A DNA stretch of 64,000 bases. Source: Nanobdellota archaeon (GTDB lineage: Archaea > Aenigmatarchaeota > Aenigmatarchaeia > Aenigmatarchaeales > Aenigmatarchaeaceae). Both the position numbers and the translations under genes were made by a program. Under the pieces are notes generated by a model. That model ran no database searches, was not told the DNA's origin, and saw only the letters and a list, made by a program, of their open reading frames with translations. Every line of letters begins with the position of its first letter. Positions within the stretch are counted from its first letter, which is position 1. Below are positions 27,252 to 40,607 of this stretch, in pieces. The stretch covers positions 65,079 through 129,078 of the forward strand of contig JAHIDZ010000015.1 in the NCBI GenBank assembly GCA_018901755.1. The letters are read 5' to 3'.

Positions 27252-27992
27252 ATGATACTTTCAATGGAAAGATTTAATGAAAAAATTATTATTGAAAATA
27301 GTATGCAGAGAAAGCTATTTCTAGAAATTAAGAAAATGGAAGGTTTGAGTCAAAGGAAGCTTGCAAAACGGTTAAAAATAAGTCGAAACAGCATTAAAAA
27401 CTGGGCAAGTGAGGATAGAAAATTACCGAAATTTATTTTCGAGGAAATATTAGAAAAGTTTCCATGGGCATCGGAATATAGAAATTATGTACATGGCACC
27501 CTTCCTAGAAACTGGGCTCAGATTAAGGGTGGTAAGATTCGAAGTAAGATGAAGAATAATTTAACAAATGATGATAGAGTAAAGGGATTTAGGCTGGGCA
27601 GATTGGGGATTAAAAGAAAAACAGTTGGGCCAAATGGCGAACTGATGTTTAATGATGGCGAAAAAAGAATTGCTGAGGAGTTGATACGAAATAAAATTAA
27701 CTATGTGTATGAGCCGGTAATTTTACTTGGAGAAAATTATGCTATCCCAGATTTCATTGTGAATAATACTGTTATCGAAAGATGTGGTTATCGCGATTGG
27801 AAGCCGTATTGGTCGAATATTAAGAGAAAGATTAAAAGATTAAAGAAATATGAAAATTATAAAATCATTATTTTAGTCCCATCAAAAAATTTTGATATGG
27901 TAGTTAAAATTTTAAAAAATGTCAGAGGCATCACTATATTGAAGGAAGAAAATTTGGAAGCACTTTTAGATATTTTGAAAATATACCATTGA
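27252..27992 (+). CDS. HTH fused to a PD-(D/E)xK (DUF559/Vsr-like) endonuclease domain; homing-endonuclease-like
   Basis: Its N-terminal HTH (LFLEIKKMEGLSQRKLAKRLKISRNSIKNWASEDRKLPKFIFEEILEKF) aligns with the N-termini of the LAGLIDADG genes in this window. The C-terminus IAEELIRNKINYVYEPVIL...IPDFIV...IERCG resembles the DUF559 nuclease core. Confidence 0.55.
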   Translation: MILSMERFNEKIIIENSMQRKLFLEIKKMEGLSQRKLAKRLKISRNSIKNWASEDRKLPKFIFEEILEKFPWASEYRNYVHGTLPRNWAQIKGGKIRSKMKNNLTNDDRVKGFRLGRLGIKRKTVGPNGELMFNDGEKRIAEELIRNKINYVYEPVILLGENYAIPDFIVNNTVIERCGYRDWKPYWSNIKRKIKRLKKYENYKIIILVPSKNFDMVVKILKNVRGITILKEENLEALLDILKIYH

Positions 27993-28063
27993 TTATTTGT
28001 ATATAGAAAGCAATTTAAATGATAGGATGAAATCTTATTAAAGGGTCTAACCCCCAGGCAACT

Positions 28064-28166
28064 GGGTCCATAAGTTAAATTTTAATTTAACTGGAATGCT
28101 CAGTTTGGCTAGAGCACCTGCCTCTTAAGCAGGGGGTCGCGGGTTCAAATCCCGTTGGACCCACCA
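28064..28166 (+). tRNA. tRNA-Lys (anticodon CUU) with a 25-nt intron between positions 9 and 10; CCA encoded
   Basis: Acceptor GGGUCCA/UGGACCC, D-stem GCUC/GAGC, anticodon arm CCUGC-CUCUUAA-GCAGG and T-arm GCGGG-UUCAAAU-CCCGU. The intron at 28073..28097 (AGUUAAAUUUUAAUUUAACUGGAAU) forms an 8-bp hairpin. Confidence 0.78.
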
Positions 28167-28219
28167 ATTATTTTTGAATTATTAATATGTTTAAATATTT
28201 GACTAGTAGATAATTATTT

Positions 28220-31087
28220 ATGAAAGGCATAACACAAATTTTGATATTTGCAATATTTTTGTCTATTTTGAGTACTTCGTTTTATGCATATAATATTACA
28301 GATTCTGGTTACTATTGCCACAATTGTACAGATTGTATGGACGCTATTAACAATGTTACAATGAATGTGACATATCTTAATATGAGCATATATGTAGAAT
28401 CATCATGTGTAGATAATCCTGAAAATTTTACAAATGAAATATTCGATTGCCAAAATTATAACATAACTGGAAGCGGAACTGCTGCAATTTATTTGAATAA
28501 TAGAAATAATGTTACAGTTAGAAATTGTGATATTGCTGGTTATAATGGATATGGTATATTGTTAACATCTTCTACAGATAATACAATTCTTAATAATACA
28601 ATATGGACGCCGTCTACTATATCTATACTGCTACAAACATCAAGTGATAATAATGTAATTGCCAGCAATACATTGAGAATGCCAGACTGGTATTATAATT
28701 TATATGGTGGTTATTCGAGTCGAAATATTAAAATTACTGATTCTTCAAATAATAATATAACTGGAAATAATATTAGTCATGCATATAGAGGTCAGGGTCC
28801 ATATATTGAAATTTCTAATGCAACATATACCAACATTATCAATAATAATGTTTATGGTAGTTATTGCTCTTATCTTCCGCCAGCTCAGTTATGTGATGGT
28901 TCTGGAATATATGCAGCAGATTTTACTGATAGTGTAATAGCAAATAATACAATATCTGGTAATTTAACCGGTATTTACATTTCATCTGCTTCAGATAATA
29001 CAATTATTAATAATAGTATTAGTGGACATACCAGTGCTGCTACTTATAGTGGAATAAATTTGTATGCATCCGAAGCAAATAATGTAACTAATAATAGTAT
29101 AATAGATGCAACTTCTACATCATATGGAATTTCATTATATGCAGCTTCCAACATTAATAATATAACAGCAAATATCATATCTTCGGCTGCAAACATATAT
29201 CTTCAATTGTCTGATGAAAATATTATCAATGATAATACAATTTACAATGGTGTAAGAGGATTTTTAACCTATATGGCAAATTATAATAATTTTACAAACA
29301 ATATAGTAACAGGCTCAACACTTACTAACATATATCTTTTGGCATCATCATATAATAATTTTACATATAATACTATGACAAATACGAAATATGGTATTCA
29401 GATAGAAGATGATCCTGGTGATTGGTCAATATCACCTATACCAGAGTATTTTGATAATTATATAGATACTACAAATACGATAGGTGGAAAAACAGTTTAT
29501 TATTATCGTAATCAATATAATACAACATTGAGTCCGTCTAGTCCAGGATTTTTAGGATGTTTTAATTGCACAAATGTTACAATACGAGATACATCTATTT
29601 CAGAAAATGGACAGGGAATATTGCTTGCAAGTACAAATGATTCTCTTATTACAAATTGTACAATTGGCTCAAATTATATGGGATTTTATTTTGATACGGC
29701 AACTTATAACAATAATGTTACCAATTCTCTAATTTACGGAAACGATTATTTAACAGTTGTTGATTTGGGGGTAAATAATATTTTCGGAAATGATAATATT
29801 TATTTATATGATATGATTGTTCCAGTATCAAATACATGGTATACAAGTTTTGATGAAATGTCATTTAAAATATCAAATTTGACCTATGCTAATATGATAT
29901 GTAGTCAATATATTAATAATACTCTTACAAAAACAAATACATCTGTTAAAGATAATCAGAAAACAAACTTTACATATACTGCATCGGAAGGACCACATTC
30001 TTATTATTTTTATTGTAATGATACTAACGGAACCGATATGTTTGACTTTTCAACAGCAGCAATAACATATGGATTGAAGTATTCTAATAATATAGCAGGA
30101 TGCACGCTAGGAACACATTGTAAATCTGGTTTTTGTGTACATAACATATGTCGAGCAGCAGCAACATATTGTGGAGATGGATATTGTGATGCTGGGGAAG
30201 GGGCATGTACAGTTGATTGTGGTTCTGGCGGTAGCACCGGGGGAAGCTTACCAATATCATCTGTAATAACACCAATAGTATCAACACTCCCACCGTCAAT
30301 AACATTCCCAAATACTGTATTCAATAATGCGAACGGATTGTTAATAATACCTGAAGATGGAGCAGTTATGTCATTGTCAATCGATGGAAAGTATATAATA
30401 GATCCAAGTGGGTATCCGATATCTTTTGTATTATTTGGTAGTGCAGGAACAGCAAATGTAATTAAAACTGTTGAAATAACACCAGACCAATTCAAAGAAA
30501 CAAAATGTTACCAAGAAACTTTAGCATCATATGTTTTAGAAATAGAAGGTGAAAATAAATATTTATGTTTAAACATAGAAGATTATAGTAAAGAAAATGT
30601 AATAGATATCAAAACATACAAATTTGTAGATGATGATTGGCAAGAGATATCATATCAAGATTATAATGGAAAATTATGCTCACCAATAACTTCAACACCA
30701 TACATGATTGCGGGGTTCAAATCTAGCTCAACGCAGCAAGAAGCTCTTACTAAAATATTAATGGCTGAAAGTACATTAGAAGTTGCATCTGAGAGTGGGC
30801 AAGATACCGAATATGCAGAACAATTAATTACTGAAGCTAATGTCGCATATTGGTCTTGTCAATATGCTAGTGCATCAGATTTAGCTATACGTGCCGTACA
30901 AAGTGTAAAGACGATAGAATTACCACTTTATATGATTTTATCAGGAGTTGCTATTATTTTAGCTGGAATTTTATACTTATTTAGAAACAAATTAAATTTC
31001 ATTAAATTTCCAAAGAAGGAAATAACTTCAATAAATGAAACAACTGTATCAGAGATATCAAAAAAGAAATTAAAGAAACAAAAATAA
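28220..31087 (+). CDS. cell-surface protein: signal peptide, parallel beta-helix repeats, Cys-rich stalk and C-terminal TM anchor; likely heavily N-glycosylated (S-layer or adhesin candidate)
   Basis: N-terminal hydrophobic signal (ILIFAIFLSILSTSF). Dozens of NxS/T sequons within N-N-T-I/N-N-S-I beta-helix repeats. Cys-rich segment CTLGTHCKSGFCVHNICRAAATYCGDGYCDAGEGACTVDC. C-terminal TM helix LPLYMILSGVAIILAGILYLF followed by a basic tail. Confidence 0.75.
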   Translation: MKGITQILIFAIFLSILSTSFYAYNITDSGYYCHNCTDCMDAINNVTMNVTYLNMSIYVESSCVDNPENFTNEIFDCQNYNITGSGTAAIYLNNRNNVTVRNCDIAGYNGYGILLTSSTDNTILNNTIWTPSTISILLQTSSDNNVIASNTLRMPDWYYNLYGGYSSRNIKITDSSNNNITGNNISHAYRGQGPYIEISNATYTNIINNNVYGSYCSYLPPAQLCDGSGIYAADFTDSVIANNTISGNLTGIYISSASDNTIINNSISGHTSAATYSGINLYASEANNVTNNSIIDATSTSYGISLYAASNINNITANIISSAANIYLQLSDENIINDNTIYNGVRGFLTYMANYNNFTNNIVTGSTLTNIYLLASSYNNFTYNTMTNTKYGIQIEDDPGDWSISPIPEYFDNYIDTTNTIGGKTVYYYRNQYNTTLSPSSPGFLGCFNCTNVTIRDTSISENGQGILLASTNDSLITNCTIGSNYMGFYFDTATYNNNVTNSLIYGNDYLTVVDLGVNNIFGNDNIYLYDMIVPVSNTWYTSFDEMSFKISNLTYANMICSQYINNTLTKTNTSVKDNQKTNFTYTASEGPHSYYFYCNDTNGTDMFDFSTAAITYGLKYSNNIAGCTLGTHCKSGFCVHNICRAAATYCGDGYCDAGEGACTVDCGSGGSTGGSLPISSVITPIVSTLPPSITFPNTVFNNANGLLIIPEDGAVMSLSIDGKYIIDPSGYPISFVLFGSAGTANVIKTVEITPDQFKETKCYQETLASYVLEIEGENKYLCLNIEDYSKENVIDIKTYKFVDDDWQEISYQDYNGKLCSPITSTPYMIAGFKSSSTQQEALTKILMAESTLEVASESGQDTEYAEQLITEANVAYWSCQYASASDLAIRAVQSVKTIELPLYMILSGVAIILAGILYLFRNKLNFIKFPKKEITSINETTVSEISKKKLKKQK

Positions 31088-31121
31088 TTATCTTTTTATA
31101 GCACTTCTACGAATTACACTT

Positions 31122-31373
31122 ATGAAGAAAATAGTCGCGATGAGTCTTTTAATATTATCTATAATGATTGGTTCTATTTTTGTCATTGCAGGCACCGTGT
31201 CTGATACTGAATTTTTTATTTGGGTTGGAATGGTTATAATTGCAATTGGTGTGATAAATCTATTGTTAAAAATGATAATAATTGAACCAAAATATCAACC
31301 AAACATTGTAACTGTACGAAAAAATGTAAGAAAAACAGTTAAAAAGAAGCTAAAAAAGAAGGCTAAACGGTAA
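31122..31373 (+). CDS. small membrane protein with a Lys-rich tail
   Basis: Two hydrophobic segments followed by KKKLKKKAKR. Confidence 0.4.
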   Translation: MKKIVAMSLLILSIMIGSIFVIAGTVSDTEFFIWVGMVIIAIGVINLLLKMIIIEPKYQPNIVTVRKNVRKTVKKKLKKKAKR

Positions 31374-31471
31374 ATCTCAAAATACGACAATAACCGTAAA
31401 CTTTATAAAGATATAAAAACAATAAAAGAAAAGCAATTTTACATTTATCTCTCAAAGACGGGAGTATCTAA

Positions 31472-31741
31472 TTGGGTGGTTTATTGGCTAAAGAAGAAAA
31501 TGAAATTGAAATTGATGTTTTATCGCATAGATTTGTACCGGAACACATAATTCTAGGAGAAAAAGAGATAAAAGAATTAATGGACAAATATAATATAATA
31601 CCAGAACAATTGCCAAAACTTTTGAAAAATGATCCAGCAGTTAAAGCTATCAATGCAAAAGAAGGAGATGTAGTAAAATTGATAAGAAAATCAATAACAG
31701 CAGGCGTAACAACATATTATAGATTTGTTGTTAAGAAGTGA
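31472..31741 (+). CDS. rpoH: DNA-directed RNA polymerase subunit H (Rpb5 homolog); apparent TTG start
   Basis: VPEHIILGEKEIKELMDKYNI...LP.L...DP....I.AKEGDVVKLIR.S...G....YR.VV matches RpoH. It lies immediately upstream of rpoB. Confidence 0.85.
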   Translation: MGGLLAKEENEIEIDVLSHRFVPEHIILGEKEIKELMDKYNIIPEQLPKLLKNDPAVKAINAKEGDVVKLIRKSITAGVTTYYRFVVKK

Positions 31742-34700
31742 TTTCATGGAACCTAAACCACTATTAAACGGATTTGAAAGAGATGTTGGATTTATAAAAT
31801 TCCAGATTGAAAGTTATAATAATTTTATTAATAACAGATTACAGAAAATAATAAATGAGATTAAAGAAATAAAACCTGAAGTTCCTGAGATAGGCGAATT
31901 GACAATAAAACTCGGTAAAGTAACTGTTGGTCAGCCATCTGTAAAAGAAGCTGAAGGTTCTATTAGAAAAATTATTCCAATTGAAGCAAGATTGAGAGAT
32001 CTTTCTTATACAGCTCCGGTTTTTGTTGAATTAACACCTATTGTGAATAAAACAGAACAGGAACCAATAAACGTACAATTTGGAGAAATACCAGTAATGG
32101 TAAAATCTAGTTTATGTCCATTGAGTAAAATGTCAAATGAAGATTTGATAAAAAATGGAGAAGATATTTATGATACAGGTGGGTATTTCATAGTTAATGG
32201 AACTGAACGTGCTTTAGTTCTTATAGAAGAAATAGCACAGAACAAAATGATTGTTCAGAAACAGAATATTGGTAATTATACTGAAATGCTTAGAGTTAAT
32301 TCAGAACATAACGGATATGTTCAGCGTCATCTTATTGAAAGAAAAAATGATGGAACAATTTATATTTCATTTGCAAACATCAGAAGACTTCCTATTGTTG
32401 TATTAATAAAAATGCTTGGGATTTTGAAAGATAAAAATATCGTTGATGAAATAGGCGATGAAGCAATAGTAAATGAATTTTATAATAATCTTTATGAAAC
32501 AGAAGTTGAAACAACAGGCCAGGCAATTGAATACATTAGTTCTCATTTGAAAATCGCACAAAAAGAATATCAAAAACAAAGAGTTGAACAATTAATAGAT
32601 AAATATCTTTTACCACATTTAGGACAAGATTCTAGTGATAGAACAAGCAAAGCGCAATATCTATTAAAGTCAGTTCGGAAAATAGTTCAGCTTGCTTTAG
32701 AAATAATACCTGAAGATGATTTAGATCATTATGGAAATAAAAGAATCAAAATGTCCGGCGATATGTTAGAATTATTATTTAGATCTATTCTTGTTGGTAA
32801 ATGGGGGCTAATTGCAAGAGTAAAATATAATTATCAGAAAATGGCTAAACGTGGTAAATTACCACCAATTCAAACAATAGTTGAATCTAATGTTGTAACG
32901 AATCAATTAATTTCTGCAATGGCTACTGGTTCATGGGTAGGTGGAAGAACTGGAGTTTCACAGAGATTAGAAAGAAAAAATTATGTTCATGCATTATCTC
33001 ATTTAAGACTTATTTTATCACCGTTAACAACAACACAAGAACATTTCGAGGCAAGAGAACTTCATGCTACACATTGGGGAAGATTTTGTCCAGCCGAAAC
33101 ACCAGAAGGACCTACAATTGGATTGAGAAAACACTTAGCATTATTTGCTGAAATTACAAGAGGTGTACCTGAAGTAGATAGAAAAAAAATAGTTTCATTT
33201 TTAAAGTTTGATAAGGGCGCAAAAATAGACGTATTTCTTGACGGCGTTGTTATTGGAGCAACATTAGATGGCGGAAAGTTTATAGAATCGTTAAGAGAAA
33301 AAAGAAGAACAAATAAAATATCAGGAGAAACAAATTTCTCATTTTATCCAGAACTTAATGAGCTTAGAATAAGCACGGACTCAGGAAGAGTTAGAAGACC
33401 ATTGGCAGTTGTCGATAATGGCAAATCAAGATTAACAGATGATCATTTAAGAAAATTAAATGAAGGTGAACTTAAATGGAATGATCTTTTCGAATCAGGT
33501 ATGCTTGAATATATTGATGCTGAAGAAGAAGATGCTTTATTTATTGCATTGAATGAAAAGGAAATTAATACTCATACACATATGGAATTATCACCAATTG
33601 CATTGCTTGGACTATCTGCAAGTTTAGTAACATTCCCAGAACACAACAGAGGAGATAGAGTAAACTTGGGGGCTAAAATGTTAGGACAGGCAGTTGGAGT
33701 ATATGCAAATAATTTTGCACTGAGAACAGATACAAAATCAAATATACTTCTTTATCCTCAAACACCACTGATAGATACAGATACAACGGCTATGTGTGGT
33801 TTAACTCATCATCCGGCAGGACAGAATGTTGTCATCGCTGTGTTAAGTTATCATGGATATAATATGCAAGATTCTGTAGTATTCAATAAAGATTCAATTG
33901 ATCGTGGTATGTTTAGATCATTATTTTATAGAATTTATAGCGCCGATCAGAAAAGATATTGGGGTGGCCAAGAGGATTTAATTGGAATACCTGATAAAGA
34001 TGTACGTGGATTTAAAGCAGAAGAAGATTATGCCCAACTTGCAGAAGACGGAATAATATCTTTAGAAACACGAGTTAAAGGAGAAGATGTTCTTGTAGGA
34101 AGAATGTCACCATTAAGATTCTTAAGTGCAAATGAGCTTATGTCAGGAATTTCTAATATGAGAGAAAATTCTACATGTGTTAGACATAGCGAAGGCGGTG
34201 TTGTTGATAGAATTTTCCTAACGCAGACAACAAATGGTGTAAAACTTGTTAAAACAGCAGTTAGAGATATGAGAATACCTGAACTTGGTGATAAATTCGC
34301 ATCAAGACACGGGCAGAAATCTGTAGTAGGATTAATACTTCCTGGCGAAGATATGCCATTTACAGCAGCTGGTATAACACCAGATATAATTTTAAATCCA
34401 CACTCAATTCCTTCGAGACAAACAATTGGACAGTTATTAGAAATAATATCTGGAAAAGTTTCTGCTATGAACGCTAAGAAAGTTAATGGCTCTGCATTTA
34501 CGGGCGATGAGGAAATGAATATACGTGATTTGCTAAGAACACTTGGATTGAGAAGTGATGGGAAGGAAGTTATGTATAACGGAATAAATGGAGAAAAGTA
34601 CGAGGTTGAAATTTATACTGGTATGGTTTATTATCAGAAACTTGATCATATGGTTGCAAATAAAATACAATCAAGATCAAGAGGTCCTGTAACATTATTA

Positions 34701-35001
34701 ACAAGACAACCAACAGAAGGTAAAACTAAAGAAGGTGGTTTAAGATTAGGAGAAATGGAAAAGGATTGCCTAATAGCTCATGGGGCTGTTTTAGCACTTA
34801 AGGAAAGATTCGATTCAGATAAAGTTACCGTACCGATATGTAGACAATGTGGTTTGATTGCAGTTTGGGATAAGGTGAAAGATAAATATGTTTGTCCTAG
34901 CTGTAAAGAAGATAACATTGTTGATACAGACATGTCCTATGCATTCAAATTGCTATTAGATGAACTAAAGGCAATGATGACATATCCAAAATTAAATGTG
35001 A

Positions 35002-35009
<8 letters not shown>
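31725..35009 (+). CDS. rpoB: DNA-directed RNA polymerase subunit B, unsplit (the start may be the ATG at 31746)
   Basis: 1094-aa Rpb2 homolog with a C-terminal zinc ribbon CRQCG...CPSCK. A single ORF covers both the B'' and B' regions. Confidence 0.95.
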
Positions 35010-38642
<3,633 letters not shown>

Positions 38643-38643
38643 T

Positions 38644-38913
38644 ATGACAGAAAAAACATTAACTGAAAAAATAAAAGATGCAATGTCAGCGAAAAAGATA
38701 ATGTTAGGTGGAAAAGTGACAATTAAACACCTTAAGATGAAAGAATTGAAATCTGTTATAATTTCAAATAATTGTCCAGAGAATATGAAGAAAGACATAA
38801 ATCGTTACGCAGAATTGGTTGGAATAGAAGTGGAAGTATTTGATGGAACATCAAAACAATTGGGTATAGTTTGCGGAAAACCATTTCCAATAGCGGTATT
38901 GTCAATAAAGTGA
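38644..38913 (+). CDS. rpl30e: 50S ribosomal protein L30e
   Basis: GK..IG.K.T.K......K.VI...N.P......I...A.L..I.V..F.G.S.ELG..CGKPF fits the L30e pattern. Position after rpoA2 is canonical. Confidence 0.88.
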   Translation: MTEKTLTEKIKDAMSAKKIMLGGKVTIKHLKMKELKSVIISNNCPENMKKDINRYAELVGIEVEVFDGTSKQLGIVCGKPFPIAVLSIK

Positions 38914-38917
38914 TCTT

Positions 38918-39319
38918 GTGAGAGAATTTGATACAGATACAATAAAACTGATTGCAGCTTTTGAAGACCTTAGCAAAACAGAAGTTAGAGATTGTTGCAT
39001 TAATCCAGATAGTATATATTTCTTAGTTAATAGTGGCAAGATAGCTGTTGCTATAGGTAAAGGTGGACAGACAATAAAACAAGCAGAAAAGATGTTTAAA
39101 AAACCAATAAAAATATTTGAGTGGGCCGAATCTGATGAAGCATTCTTAAAAAATATGATACCAAAAGCTAAAAAAATAGTAATAAAAGATACTTTTGCTC
39201 AAGTAACACTTGATTCAAAGAATAGAGGAGCTGTACTTGGAAGAGCTGGTTCTAACATAAAGGCAATAAGAGAACTTTTAGAGAGAAATAGTAACATAAA
39301 AGAACTTAAGATTCTTTAG
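38918..39319 (+). CDS. nusA: transcription termination/antitermination factor NusA homolog (KH domains)
   Basis: GKIAVAIGKGGQTIKQAEKMFKKPIKI and GAVLGRAGSNIKAIRELL KH GxxG loops. Position after L30e is canonical. Confidence 0.85.
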   Translation: MREFDTDTIKLIAAFEDLSKTEVRDCCINPDSIYFLVNSGKIAVAIGKGGQTIKQAEKMFKKPIKIFEWAESDEAFLKNMIPKAKKIVIKDTFAQVTLDSKNRGAVLGRAGSNIKAIRELLERNSNIKELKIL

Positions 39320-39417
39320 ATAACTGATTAGAGAATTTTTATTGTTGACGCATTCATGATAAACTGAATTTCTCATAACTCATAATATACAACTATATCG
39401 AAAAGCATTTAATCTCA

Positions 39418-40554
39418 TTATAATGAAGGTCCGAAGAAGTTATATAAGATTATTAGGAGCATTATACCGCTTATAATTTTTATAGTTGTTTTTGATCTTT
39501 TCTTTAGATATTTGTCAGTAAGCGCTTCAATCATTAAACCACCATCCAATGGATATAATGGTAATATGTTAAACAATCCAACTGCAAATGAGAATAACCA
39601 TATCATAGTAAGTAGTGGTAGTAGAATAGTTGTTAGAAATATAGCATCTGCCTTGAAAACAGGTTTATAGATAATACCAATGTAAGGTTTTCCATTATTT
39701 TCTGTTATATTTACATTATAATCTATATGGTTTTCAGACGTAAACGTAATTGTTTGATTTACAGATACCGTACCGAGTTCGTTTGATAGATAACCAGTGC
39801 CAGCAAGATATTCTTGATAGGTTGTTGTAATTAATTTATTATCAACTTGCATTAGTGTCATGTTTGGTCTTAGTCCTGCTAGATATGAAGGGCTCGTTTC
39901 ATTAACATTTATTATTTCTATTCCGCCAGATGTGTACATCGGCCATATAATATAGGAGGCTAAAAGCAGTACAAACGCTGCAACTAAGAAATTTGCACCA
40001 GAACCAGCGGCAAATACTCTTAATTTTTTCAGAGTACTTGATTTCTTAAGTTGCTTTTCATCAGGTTCTACAAATGCACCTGGGAATATTGCAAAAAGTA
40101 ATAGGCCTACTGATTTTAGTTTTATTTTTTCAGCTCTTGCTATTATACCATGAGATAGTTCATGAGGAATCAGTATGCATGCAATTGTTATGAACCAGAA
40201 CCAAAATGGAATTAGCATATAACCTGGACCACTTGAAGCAGTTGCACCCAATGATGGTAATACTAACTGTAAACCAGGTTGAGTGATTGTTCCGAGCATT
40301 ATTGCTTTTGATTGAACTAATAACAGATATACTCCCTGTGCCATATAATAGAAGCAAACTAAAATAGCTATAGTTGATATAAATTTCCAGAATTTAGGTG
40401 ATTTATTAGCTATTCTATCAATAAGCTTGCTAAATCTTTTCGTTCGGACCATAAATAAAACGTAATACTTATAATCTACTTTTTTTCTATATTTGTATAA
40501 TAGCGATCCAACTATTGTAAAGAATAATATTATAGATATTAGATATATATCCAT
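39418..40554 (-). CDS. site-2 protease family (M50) membrane metalloprotease with a PDZ-like region
   Basis: HELSHGIIA HExxH in a TM helix, multiple TM segments, and LDGG near the C-terminus. Confidence 0.8.
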   Translation of the reverse strand: MDIYLISIILFFTIVGSLLYKYRKKVDYKYYVLFMVRTKRFSKLIDRIANKSPKFWKFISTIAILVCFYYMAQGVYLLLVQSKAIMLGTITQPGLQLVLPSLGATASSGPGYMLIPFWFWFITIACILIPHELSHGIIARAEKIKLKSVGLLLFAIFPGAFVEPDEKQLKKSSTLKKLRVFAAGSGANFLVAAFVLLLASYIIWPMYTSGGIEIINVNETSPSYLAGLRPNMTLMQVDNKLITTTYQEYLAGTGYLSNELGTVSVNQTITFTSENHIDYNVNITENNGKPYIGIIYKPVFKADAIFLTTILLPLLTMIWLFSFAVGLFNILPLYPLDGGLMIEALTDKYLKKRSKTTIKIISGIMLLIILYNFFGPSL

Positions 40555-40607
40555 AAACTAATTTCCTACTCTCTATATTTAAATATAATAATCTTGGATT
40601 ATTAGTT

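Noticed and set aside
32403-32591. Short antisense or out-of-frame ORFs inside rpoB, rpoA1, rfcS, the beta-helix protein, etc. (e.g. 32403..32591, 35292..35615, 36615..36824, 30010..30495, 57448..58326)
   Set aside because: They lie entirely within strongly supported long genes and have low-complexity, AT-codon-biased translations. They are typical spurious ORFs in AT-rich DNA.
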